A program made the position numbers and the translations under genes. A stretch of DNA of 64,000 nt from Corallochytrium limacisporum Hawaii (Eukaryota > Protista > Pluriformea). Positions 46,584 through 56,395 of this stretch are shown piece by piece. A model generated the notes under the pieces. That model ran no database searches and was not told the origin of the DNA. It saw nothing but the letters and a program-made list of their open reading frames with translations. The DNA is taken from the NCBI GenBank assembly GCA_002811645.1, contig PDIP01000013.1:61248-125247 (forward strand), written 5' to 3'. How positions within the stretch are numbered: the first letter of the stretch is position 1; each line of letters opens with the position of its first letter.

Positions 46584-49500
46584 TTACGATGATGAACTTG
46601 TGGCTTGACCGCTGATCGAGCTGGTCATGATGGACTCCATCTCACGGGTGTACATTTGGTGCAATTCACGGGCCTCACGTACCTCACGGCGTAGATCCTC
46701 GAGGAAGGCATTAGTGCCGCCGGTTGTAGGTGCCGCAGGACCTGCTGGCGCAGAGCTCGTTGAAGTTCCCAGGTGCACGGGCCCGGATGAGGACACTGGT
46801 GCGCCTATGCCACCCGTTGAGGAGTCTAATCCTTCTGCCTGGCGCTGCGCTGCCCAGTCTCGCTCCATGCGGAAGAGAACACGCGCCTTCTCCCGTTCCT
46901 GCTCCGATAGGGACTCATCGTCCGGACCGCTGGGTTGTTGGGAACCACCCCCGGTGGTACTGTCCACACGCCGAGACAGAATTTCTGCTTCTTCAAAGTA
47001 TTGGCGCCGCCGTTCACGAAGACGGCTGTCAGTCTTTTCGTGCATCTTTTGCTGTTCGACCAGCTTTCGCTGGAGTTCTTCTTCCTTCCGCAGAAGTGCG
47101 TCCTCGAAAGCGGCAGCAGCGCGGCGCTCCTCCTCCATGTGCTTCAGGGCTTCCCGCAGGATCTCTTCCTCCTGCTCCAGATCGGTTTCGTCCTCCAGGG
47201 CCTTTGCGGACAGTTGCTCCACAAACTGACGCTCGCGTTGCATGCTCTCAATTTGTGTGAGACGGTCCGCACGCTGCTCGCGTTCCAGATCCAGGCGACG
47301 TCGCTCATCATCGAGAATCCGCTGACGTTCTTTGCTCTGCTGCTGGCGCCATTCCTTGTGCTGCTGCTGCAGGGTGCGCAAGGACTGTTCTTCCTGTGCG
47401 TTCAGAGCGTCCGCCTCACGCTGCAGAGTGTCCACATCCTGGGAGGTAAGAGCCAGGTCACGCTCCTTAAGTACTTGGATATTGCGTTGACGTTCAACTT
47501 TGAGACGCTCCAGGTCCTCATTGAGCGCAGCCATACGCAAATCATGGTTGACCTTCATGTTGTGACGCTCTTGCTGGCGCACGGTCTGCATGCGGGCCAT
47601 TCGCTCCTCGTGCAAGCGAGTTTCCATCTTGTACTTCTGGTCTTCCGCCTGATGTTTCGCCCGTTGGGTCTGAAGTGCCATGTTCTGCTCCTTGCGATGG
47701 TACGCCATTTTCTCGTCTAGCAAGCGCTGGGCAGTATCGGCCTCAGCGGAAATGGCCTGTTCGAACTCCGCTTTCTTGATCTTGAGCTCAATCTCCCGGA
47801 GTTCCATGTCCTCCAGAGCAGCCGACTGCAATTCCCGACGCTGCTTGGACAGGCGCTCGAGTTCGTCGTCAAGGCGTTGCACACGTTGCTCCTGCAGGCG
47901 ACGCTGCTGGGCCACAAAGGCATTGCGCGACTCCTGCATGATCTGTGCTTGTTTGACACGCTCTTCCCGAGCAGCCATATCCAGACCTTGCTGTACCTCG
48001 TATATGCGATCTTCTTCGACCCTCTGCTGCCTACGACGTTCGTCTTCTGCATCGGCCAGAATGGTCTGTTGGCGACTCCACCGGGCCTGTTCCCGCTCGA
48101 TACGCCTCGATTCTTCGCGCAGGTCGGTAATGAGTTCCATGCGCTTAGTGTTCTCCTCTTCCTCCCGCCGGATGGCCTCCCGAGCGCGGACTTGGTAGTC
48201 AACCACAAAACGAGGGTACTTGTTGAATATAGGGTACTGTCCCTGGCCACCTCCGGCACCGCCAGCACTAAGAGGCGAGAACTGTGGGTACAGACCATTG
48301 CGACGTGGGTCCAGGTCCGCCGGCGTGGAGGCAGCCATGCGATAAGCCATCTGCATCAGCTGTGGTACGCTCAAGCTGCCCTGGATCCTGCCAAAGAAAA
48401 AGGCAAAGTCCTCGCGATTGCGACAGCCCAGTAGGGTGCGGCGGAAGTAGCGCAGGATAGCAGTAACGACAATGAGCAGGAAGCCAGGATGATTTGTGAA
48501 GACGTGGTCCATGACAGCCAACCAGTCATCTTTACCGAGAATCTCGGACAGAAAATTCTGTAGCATGCCCCAGGCGTAGACTTTGGAGGTGACCTCAAAC
48601 TTGACAAAGTGCCGCAGGAGTGTCGTATCGTGGTGGCTCAGGAGATTCTCCACACAGTTCAGTACGGCCACCGGCGGATGCGGATAGTAATCAAACCAGT
48701 TGCTGGCCCAATTTGTGATGATTGTGACAACAACCTCAAACGCGGCAAGAGCGTTCTGCTCGTAAGTTTTGACAAAGGGGAACACCAAGCTCGGCAGATA
48801 CGGAACCTCGCCAAAGATGGGGCTCCAGTGGGCTAGTGCGCTGAGCAGCGTCTCCATGTGAGCCAGTAACTTCGGTGACTTGATTGGGTACTTGGATTGT
48901 AAGGTTTTGTACGCATCGTGTGTTCCCAGTGCAGTTAGATGCCGGTATTCATTCCGATTCTCGGGAATCTGCAACAGGAACCGCCAAATCAGTAAACGGT
49001 ACTTCTCCGGGTATTCACCATACTTGCGGAGAATGCCTATGAGTTTTTGCCGGTTGAATATCTTGGAGTCCTCGTCCAGTGTCAGCGGTTCGATTCTCTG
49101 CTGCTGCTGGTCCTTGAGGGCCTTGAGTGGCTGATGCCCGGTGGCAGGGGGAGTGCTCTGCTCGTCGCCTCCTCGTTCAAATTTGACTTGCTTCTCCGAA
49201 ACCTTGACACGTAGAGGAGGAGGCGGCTGTGCCCTGCCAGCACTGACAGCTGTGTTATTTGGCCGAATGACAAAGAAGGTCGGTTTCGGGGTCTTTTTTG
49301 TCATTGTACGATTTCGCCACAATTCGGTCAGATTCCAGAGTAAGACTCCACCATTGTCAATGACGCTGGCCAGATGCCTGCTGCGTGGTCCTACAGTCAT
49401 TGCCCGGAAAGGATCAGACCAAGGCAGGGTTAACTGTAACTTTCCGTTATCTATATCCACAAAAAGAATGGCCCCTGTGGACGCCAAAATGACAATAATA

Positions 49501-50327
49501 CGCTCATCAAAGAACCTAAGCTGCGCAACAGTGCCCTGTGGCACATCTAGGATGCGGTACAGCGCCTGGTCGCCACCCAAATCCCAGATATAGACACTGT
49601 TGCTGTCCGTTCCGGCTACAGCCACGTACCGACCACTCTGTGTCAGTGCAGAGCACCGTAAACTGAATCCCCCTGCATTGAAGCCTTCCAACCGATAGCG
49701 CTGATCAAAGGTGCCAAAGTCCCAGCCGTAGATAGATCCGTCCTCGAGGAATGTCAGCAGGGTGTCACCGGGCGGTACAAAGCATACAGATGCAAGCTTC
49801 ACCCCACCACCTAGGCTGAGCGTCTTGACCCGATGCATGGAATGGGCGTTCCAAATTACTGCGGCGTCCAGAGACCCGGAGAGAATGAAGCGACCTGTGG
49901 TGTGCAATTCCAGAGAATGCACTGGCGCCCGGTGGCCCCGCAGCGTGTGTGGCACCTTGCCATCGCTCCACAAATGCATGGTACCATCCTGCAGGCCAAC
50001 AACAAACGTCGTCGGATTAATGGCCAGCAGTGCCGAGGCTGGTTTGCCGAAGCGGTGTGCGAATTTCCACCGGTTGCGCTGCAGATCCCATACAAACAAA
50101 GTACCCCGCGAATCGACGGTGCCCATGGCCGTCTCTGTCGAAGTGAAAGCGACTGCCGGACCAAAAGTAATTGCATTTCCTCCCTTCTTCAGTGCTTGAG
50201 CGGCAGTCTGTCTATGACACATGTGTGCAACGAGGCCGGGCGGTTGACTACTCGTGCTGCTTGTCGCTCCCGGCCTTGCGGCCGCGATGGACCCGGCTCG
50301 GTGCGTACTGACATCAATTACATTCAT
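46584..50327 (-). CDS. TBC1D31: TBC1D31/WDR67 (WD40 + TBC + coiled coil; centrosomal)
   Basis: N-terminal WD40 repeats, YGEYPEKYRLLIWRFLLQIPEN, LAHWSPIF, YPIFNKYP.FVVDYQ and a long C-terminal coiled coil. Confidence 0.9.
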   Translation of the reverse strand: MNVIDVSTHRAGSIAAARPGATSSTSSQPPGLVAHMCHRQTAAQALKKGGNAITFGPAVAFTSTETAMGTVDSRGTLFVWDLQRNRWKFAHRFGKPASALLAINPTTFVVGLQDGTMHLWSDGKVPHTLRGHRAPVHSLELHTTGRFILSGSLDAAVIWNAHSMHRVKTLSLGGGVKLASVCFVPPGDTLLTFLEDGSIYGWDFGTFDQRYRLEGFNAGGFSLRCSALTQSGRYVAVAGTDSNSVYIWDLGGDQALYRILDVPQGTVAQLRFFDERIIVILASTGAILFVDIDNGKLQLTLPWSDPFRAMTVGPRSRHLASVIDNGGVLLWNLTELWRNRTMTKKTPKPTFFVIRPNNTAVSAGRAQPPPPLRVKVSEKQVKFERGGDEQSTPPATGHQPLKALKDQQQQRIEPLTLDEDSKIFNRQKLIGILRKYGEYPEKYRLLIWRFLLQIPENRNEYRHLTALGTHDAYKTLQSKYPIKSPKLLAHMETLLSALAHWSPIFGEVPYLPSLVFPFVKTYEQNALAAFEVVVTIITNWASNWFDYYPHPPVAVLNCVENLLSHHDTTLLRHFVKFEVTSKVYAWGMLQNFLSEILGKDDWLAVMDHVFTNHPGFLLIVVTAILRYFRRTLLGCRNREDFAFFFGRIQGSLSVPQLMQMAYRMAASTPADLDPRRNGLYPQFSPLSAGGAGGGQGQYPIFNKYPRFVVDYQVRAREAIRREEEENTKRMELITDLREESRRIEREQARWSRQQTILADAEDERRRQQRVEEDRIYEVQQGLDMAAREERVKQAQIMQESRNAFVAQQRRLQEQRVQRLDDELERLSKQRRELQSAALEDMELREIELKIKKAEFEQAISAEADTAQRLLDEKMAYHRKEQNMALQTQRAKHQAEDQKYKMETRLHEERMARMQTVRQQERHNMKVNHDLRMAALNEDLERLKVERQRNIQVLKERDLALTSQDVDTLQREADALNAQEEQSLRTLQQQHKEWRQQQSKERQRILDDERRRLDLEREQRADRLTQIESMQRERQFVEQLSAKALEDETDLEQEEEILREALKHMEEERRAAAAFEDALLRKEEELQRKLVEQQKMHEKTDSRLRERRRQYFEEAEILSRRVDSTTGGGSQQPSGPDDESLSEQEREKARVLFRMERDWAAQRQAEGLDSSTGGIGAPVSSSGPVHLGTSTSSAPAGPAAPTTGGTNAFLEDLRREVREARELHQMYTREMESIMTSSISGQATSSSS

Positions 50328-51339
50328 CGCTCCGTGTCTGTGTACAACCGTTTTAAGAATAAATCCTTTGATATTGACACTTCCCGTTCCTTACGTTGTC
50401 ATGGACATATTCACCATCGAACAAATCTGCACAGCGACAAGTGGGATTCCGTGTTCACCTTGCCTTATAGGAAGTGGCGCTGTGGTGCTGTTGTGCTGCA
50501 CGATATTTGGGTAGTGTAACTCATTTCATAGGATTCAGAAGTAGCTTTTCGACCGCATGACAGTCGAACCAAATAGAATGATCCGGAGAAACACCCAGCG
50601 TACATCCGTTATTGCCGCACAGCGCTCATCGTCCATGTACTTTGAGACCCGCGGGGCCGGCACTTCGTCCGGACCCAAAGGAAAAGGGAGTCTCAATAAA
50701 ATGTGGCGACCAGGCTACCCAGCCGCCCCGGGGGTCCCGGGGGAGGGGGGTGGTCACAAATGGCTGACCTCGGCCCTGCGCGAGTTGGGATGTAGTGAGA
50801 GACCGGGCAGTTTTTCTTCAGTCCGCCGGGCGATGCGAGACCCTCAAGAAAAAAAGAAAAAAGAATGGGCCTCACGCTATTTGCAGAGACCCACCTTCTC
50901 TCTCATCTGCCCCGGTCCCTCCAAAGCTCTTTCTCGAGCCATGGACCGACAACGCGGAGCGAACAGTTTGAACCGGCCCGTCCCCATCATATACTTTTAT
51001 TACCGACAGATTTTTTCCTTTTCGGAAATATTTCTCAGGTTTACCCCTTCCCCTCCCCTACCGTACCCACCCCCTCCGGCAACTTTCAAACTCCCCGGTG
51101 AAAAGCGCGCCAAAATATTCCCTCGGCCCCCGCGGGAGTTAAGCAAAGGGGAGCAAAAGGGGGTCCGGGAATATGCGAGCCGGTTGGTAACCACTGCACT
51201 GCGCAAGAGAATACGCCGAAGCCTGCCTGAGACCCAAAACCGAAAAAAAAAAAAAAAGAGAGGGGCGACAGGGGAGGGAGAGAACGGCGAGAGAAACTAT
51301 TTCGATAGAGTACAAATGGGCCCAACAAAAAAAAAAGGC

Positions 51340-51347
51340 AAAAAAAA
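51340..51347 (-). terminator. RNA polymerase III oligo-T terminator of tRNA-Cys
   Basis: T8 run on the minus strand 2 nt after the discriminator base, followed by a second T-run. Confidence 0.8.
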
Positions 51348-51349
51348 TG

Positions 51350-51444
51350 AGGAGCCATCGTGAATTTCGCACCGCAACTGCGGTGTTTCGAACACGAGAC
51401 CTGCTGAGCTGCAATCAGCCGCTCTACCGCTGAGCTATAGCTCC
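51350..51444 (-). tRNA. trnC-GCA: tRNA-Cys(GCA) with a 23-nt T-loop (59/60) intron
   Basis: Acceptor GGAGCTA/TGGCTCC, D-arm GCTC-AGCGGTA-GAGC, anticodon arm GCTGA-TTGCAGC-TCAGC, variable loop AGGTC, T-stem TCGTG/CACGA and U73 discriminator (a Cys identity element). The T-loop is 30 nt instead of 7. Confidence 0.93.
51364..51386 (-). other. bulge-helix-bulge (BHB) tRNA intron
   Basis: Intron ACACCGCAGTTGCGGTGCGAAAT; central helix TTCG:CGAA, bulges AAA and ATT, outer helices T-stem and CACCGC:GCGGTG. Confidence 0.85.
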
Positions 51445-52266
51445 TTCGGTTATTTCGCTATAACCGTTTCATTACTGCCAAAAATAAGTATATATACTAT
51501 TGTAGTAACCGCTTTTGGTGGGCAGGTAATATCCGGCGTAGTGTTATTTTGGATACTGTGGAATAGTGAATATACTGGAGCTGTTCGCGCGTGTGTGTTG
51601 GATTCCCTTGCTATAATGGAACTACTGTAGCAACCGACTGCAGCGAACTGTCGATTTCTATACTCCTTCAACCAGCATCCTCGCCAATATTCCGTATATT
51701 AAAATTACCAGTGCTGTATCCCCTCGCACAGAACTGGCGACGGGATAGAAATCAAGCACCGTAGCAAACCTACCAATGGTCTTCTGATGAGAAGCCTTGT
51801 GTCCAAGCCCTTTGTGCCCGATGGAGTAATCAGCATGTCAACCAAATCTCCTCCATAGATCTTCCAGGCCCATTGATCTGAACAGGGGTTCGTCCCGATC
51901 ACGGGGAGGACAAGGGCGTGTGGGTAGATGGGAGCCCTCGGAGGCCCTGAAACCTGGCCAGCCAAAACTACCCCTCACTCTCCCCTCTTTGTGCGCACGT
52001 ACGGGTTTGGCTTGTCTAGGTGCGTGGCTTGTCGTGCTCAGAGGAGGCATGGCTGTGAGGAGATTGTGGGATGCATCGATGCCTTCGAATTAAATACATG
52101 GTCTCACAGAGAATCCGGTCACCTTTGCCGCTGCTTGGTAATGGACAACTCTATTCGATGGCAATGGTACTCAAGACATCCCAACCTGCGCATCGACCCA
52201 TATGATAATACTGAAACATGTACATTACGAATAGATCAAAAACGGACTGGATATGGACAGAACACC

Positions 52267-53451
52267 ATGGCTCCCATACCACAAAAGGCAAAACGTGCCT
52301 GGGCTGATGGCTGCTACGACATGATGCACTTTGGCCACGCCAACAGTCTGCGCCAAGCTAACGAAATGTGCGAGCATTTGGTTGTCGGGGTACATAGTGA
52401 TGCAGAGATAGCAAGACACAAGGGTCCGCCAGTCATGAACGAACAGGAACGGTACCGCATGGTCAGGGCGTGCAAATGGGCAGATGAAGTGGTTGAGGGC
52501 GTACCCTACGTCACATCCGTACACACTCTGAACACCTATGAATGTGAAATCTGCGTCCATGGCGACGACATAACACTGTCTGCGGACGGAAGTGATTCAT
52601 ACGCTGAGGTGAAACAGGCGAACAGATACCGCGAGTGCAAGCGTACCAGTGGTATCAGCTCCACTGATCTCATTGGTCGCATGATGTTACTGACTAAGCG
52701 ACATCACATCATGGCTGACCCGCAAGAGCAGTCCTTACAAGGTTCACCTTGCACATCCACGACCGGCTGCTTGTCCGCAGAAAACGGCCTGGCGCAGTTC
52801 CTGAGCGACCAGCAGCCCCCCAAACCCGGTGACCGTGTGGTTTACATCGGTGCAGGCTTTGATCTTTTCCACGTTGGCCATTTGGACCTGCTGGAGGCGG
52901 CCAAGAACCACGGAGACTACGTTGTAGTCGGTCTGCACGACGACAAAACAATCAATAGTTACATGGGCCTAAATTATCCCATAATGAATATCAATGAACG
53001 TGCCCTGGGTTTGTTGGCCTGCCAATATGCAGACGCGGTCATTATGGGAGCGCCTTTGGAGGTCTCGACGCAAATTTTAGATCAGTTCAACGTTTCAACA
53101 GTCTTGCACGGAACCGGTTGGGAGGACATGAGTCTGGACGCTGGAAAGCGCAGAACGATATACGCTGAAGCCATCAAAAAGGGCATCTACAAGGAAGTCG
53201 ACATGGGGCAGAGTCTGTCCACGCCTCAGGTCCTTGAGCGCATCACACGCCAGTACCAGAGCTACGTCCGGCGCAATCGTCGCAAGCAGACGCGGGAGCG
53301 GGAAGCTTACGAGGCGTTGATGCGCACGGCTGCCAGCACCAATGCAACAAGCACGCGATCGCTGTCATCGTCGTCGTCGTCGGATGCTGGGCAGGAGCAA
53401 GATGAATTGTCTCACCAACCACCCGCCACTGAACTGCAAGGCGCCCTTTGA
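52267..53451 (+). CDS. PCYT2: ethanolamine-phosphate cytidylyltransferase
   Basis: Two cytidylyltransferase domains: DGCYDMMHFGH...RTSGISSTDLIGRM and GFDLFHVGH...YPIMNINER; start set to the ATG at 52267. Confidence 0.95.
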   Translation: MAPIPQKAKRAWADGCYDMMHFGHANSLRQANEMCEHLVVGVHSDAEIARHKGPPVMNEQERYRMVRACKWADEVVEGVPYVTSVHTLNTYECEICVHGDDITLSADGSDSYAEVKQANRYRECKRTSGISSTDLIGRMMLLTKRHHIMADPQEQSLQGSPCTSTTGCLSAENGLAQFLSDQQPPKPGDRVVYIGAGFDLFHVGHLDLLEAAKNHGDYVVVGLHDDKTINSYMGLNYPIMNINERALGLLACQYADAVIMGAPLEVSTQILDQFNVSTVLHGTGWEDMSLDAGKRRTIYAEAIKKGIYKEVDMGQSLSTPQVLERITRQYQSYVRRNRRKQTREREAYEALMRTAASTNATSTRSLSSSSSSDAGQEQDELSHQPPATELQGAL

Positions 53452-53548
53452 GACAGACCCGCAGACTCCTTGCACATTTCAATGATATCAATGCATCATA
53501 GAGTACATATATTGTAGCATAATTAAAGTCTTACTGCAAAGTTCCTAT

Positions 53549-55651
53549 CTACTTTAACTTCGCCTTCACCTTCTTCGCCCGCATGTGGGTGCCCTCCGTA
53601 CGGCCAATCTTGCGCAGCCATTCATCATGCCAGATGAAGAAATTGCATCTAGCGTTCCTATCATTCTTTTCTCCCTTAGGCCGACAGCAAACCCAGAACT
53701 TGCGGTCGTGGTTCTCACCGCCATTCTTCACGACGCGCTCGACACAGGGCTCCTTGTGTCCCGTGCATTTGGGCTTTGGAATTGGTTTGAAAAGGCCCAT
53801 GAAGCTCTTGTCGTTTTCCTGCCTTGGCATTGACGGGAAGGCACCCAGTGGTTCTGTGGCGGACTGGGTAGTCTGTGGCGTCGTCTCTGGTGCAGCTCTT
53901 GGCTGTGATTCCTCCTTCGGCACTAGCTTCTCCGGCTGCGATATACCCTTCATGACCGCAAATAGGGTCGCCTGCTTCTTTTGCCGCTTGGCTGGCGGGG
54001 GTTGTGTTCCCATTGCTGAGGATGACTGAGAAGTCAGTGATGGTACACTCTGCGTCGGAGTCTGCGAATCCGTCTGCGTCGAAATCTGACTGGCAGTAGG
54101 CTCTAGTGTCTGAGTCATAGAGACGTCCACAGAGATTGTAGTGGTGCCCGCTGTTCCGCTGGCAAACAGCTGCCGAATACTACGTTGGCGCGGCGCTGAT
54201 GCCATTTGTAGGCGTGCGCTAAGCTCTGGGATTCTCTCCGTCTCTTCGCTTGAAACATTCAGCTCTGCGTACACTGGGCAATGATCCGAGCCCATTACTT
54301 CTGGCATAATGTCCGCTCCAGTCAACTTGCTTTTCAACCCTTTTGAAATGAGCACAAAGTCAATGCGCGCACCATAGTTTGTCAACCTCGCCGAAGTCAC
54401 GCTGTCCCAGCATGTGTACGCCTTCAGTCGGTTCGGGTGATATATGCGGAAAGAGTCCAGAAACTCAAAAGGGATCTGGCTGTCGTCACTGTCCAAGTGC
54501 CCAGGGAACAGATCCAATCCCATCAGCATAGCTTTCGGTATGTCATTCGTGCTGCCATCAGCCCCCGTTCCGTTCTCCTTGGCCACAGCAATTGCATCAT
54601 CCTCATCATCACTGTCGTCGACATTGATTCGCCTACCCTGGCCGGTGGGAGGTACTTCACAGCGTATGTGCTCCATCCATTTCGCTGAGAGTGCTGATTT
54701 GCCCCGTACCCGCCCGCTATCGCCTCCAGGCGGCGCATAGTCCGGCCGTGCTGCAATGTATTCCTGTGCATCCCACAGAAAGCTACGACCAAGCATTAAT
54801 GACCGCATCCATTGCCGATGGATGTCTGTCGTCCATGACAGTAGATCCGCTTGGGCCATGGCAGTTGCTTCACCACTGCGGTGCTTTTGGTAGGCAGTCA
54901 TGAGTTCGCACGTGTCCAGTGTGAGGTAACAGACGTTCAGATCGCCCGTGATCACCACCTCTCGACCAGCTGCCCGGAACTGCCGAACACGTTCAAGGAG
55001 GCAGGAATGGTATATCATTTTAAAGAGCGTCCGACCAAACGATCCGCCATTTGGCAGGTAACAATTGAACAGTACAAATGCACCATGGTCCGTGATCACG
55101 CACCTGCCTTCATTGTCGACCTTTTCTTGCTCTGCAGGACTTAGCCAATCTTGTATACGGCATCGTTGATTGATGGACAGCGCATGGTGTATATCGCACT
55201 CCTCACCCTGACTACTGTTCGATGTTGCCGGTGGCTTGCTCCATCGACGGCCCGTCAGCCCATCTTCCGCTGCAACCGGTACAGCACCGGGCGAACGACA
55301 CACCGTTGCCACCCCACTGTACCCGACGATCGATTCAGCGAAGGACGGAAAACATTCCCAGCCATGGAGCTGGTCGTCATGGGTTTGGTGGTCAGTCTCA
55401 TCGTAGACGGACCCTTGTCCGGCGAGCCAGGGACTCAGATCTTTGCCACGCACCAGCTTGGTCTCCTGCAAACACACAATGTCTGCGCCTAGGCTATCCA
55501 TCATGGCCCGCATGCTGCCAAACCCAGGTCTCTGCATTGCCCGATCGACCTTGAGCGCTGCAGCGGCCTCCCTGGCACCCTCGCCGCCCTCGCCGCCGGA
55601 CGAGAATAAAATGGGTTTCAGCCCATTCACATTCCAAGAAAGGATCTTCAT
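53549..55651 (-). CDS. APEX2: AP endonuclease 2 (ExoIII family + GRF zinc finger)
   Basis: SWNVNG, CLQETK, GDLNV, RIDF and SDHCP motifs; PIP-like QRSIRQLF/QATLF; C-terminal zf-GRF. Confidence 0.92.
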   Translation of the reverse strand: MKILSWNVNGLKPILFSSGGEGGEGAREAAAALKVDRAMQRPGFGSMRAMMDSLGADIVCLQETKLVRGKDLSPWLAGQGSVYDETDHQTHDDQLHGWECFPSFAESIVGYSGVATVCRSPGAVPVAAEDGLTGRRWSKPPATSNSSQGEECDIHHALSINQRCRIQDWLSPAEQEKVDNEGRCVITDHGAFVLFNCYLPNGGSFGRTLFKMIYHSCLLERVRQFRAAGREVVITGDLNVCYLTLDTCELMTAYQKHRSGEATAMAQADLLSWTTDIHRQWMRSLMLGRSFLWDAQEYIAARPDYAPPGGDSGRVRGKSALSAKWMEHIRCEVPPTGQGRRINVDDSDDEDDAIAVAKENGTGADGSTNDIPKAMLMGLDLFPGHLDSDDSQIPFEFLDSFRIYHPNRLKAYTCWDSVTSARLTNYGARIDFVLISKGLKSKLTGADIMPEVMGSDHCPVYAELNVSSEETERIPELSARLQMASAPRQRSIRQLFASGTAGTTTISVDVSMTQTLEPTASQISTQTDSQTPTQSVPSLTSQSSSAMGTQPPPAKRQKKQATLFAVMKGISQPEKLVPKEESQPRAAPETTPQTTQSATEPLGAFPSMPRQENDKSFMGLFKPIPKPKCTGHKEPCVERVVKNGGENHDRKFWVCCRPKGEKNDRNARCNFFIWHDEWLRKIGRTEGTHMRAKKVKAKLK

Positions 55652-56395
55652 GTCATCATCTGTCCTGTTTTATTTGTGCCAGCCTTCCTTCCGGACACCG
55701 CTTGTCCGAAGTTCGGTTACATTTCCTACACACTTCCAGAACAGGTCACTCTCTCACTTTCACGCCGATTCGTTGGAAAACACACACACACGCATATACG
55801 AGCACCGAAACATGTATGATCGTCACAGGCCCTTGTCAGACTCCGATCTGTTGAAATAGCCCATCTAACATACGGTATGATCACCACTGTTGACTTTATG
55901 AAAGCAACGGGACCTTGCAGGAAGCGGGGCTCTCGGTCCCCGAGAATTGGCTGGCCTCGGCTCCGTAGCTCAGAGCCCGCTTCGCTACTCTCCCCTCCCT
56001 CCAGCACCCTCCGTGCTCGGGCCGCCTCGTTACAGATCTCTTCCCCTCTCCCCCCCGGGGGGGGGGGGCCAGGGGCCCGAGCGTCGGTGAGTGCAGAGCA
56101 CTCTGACCTCGACCCTGTGCTGGTGGAATGTGCCGGTCTTGTGGTACCGTCGGTGGTTTTGTGTAGATTTGGTGTTCGAAAGCAATGCCGAAAATGTGTT
56201 GTCATGCTATGCTGCATACAGGATGTCTTTTCTAGGTCCAAGAAGCTAGAAAAGATGTCGTGGACCATGCTCTTGTGGAAAGATATAGCGCAGTCCTCTG
56301 TCGAAACACGAGGAGGGACACGACATGTGGCAGAGGCCGTTAACTATTGGGGTTGAATCGTCCTTTTAAAGAACTTTATAGATTGTTAGATAGCC

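Noticed and set aside
50557-51363. 268-aa plus-strand ORF running into the tRNA
   Set aside because: Low-complexity translation of homopolymer-rich intergenic DNA with no recognisable domain; it overlaps the tRNA terminator.
51928-52266. 113-aa N-terminal extension of PCYT2 in the ORF track (and TTG/GTG extensions of other genes)
   Set aside because: Homology begins at MAPIPQ; the extension is more likely open 5' UTR, and non-ATG starts are ORF-caller artefacts in a eukaryote.
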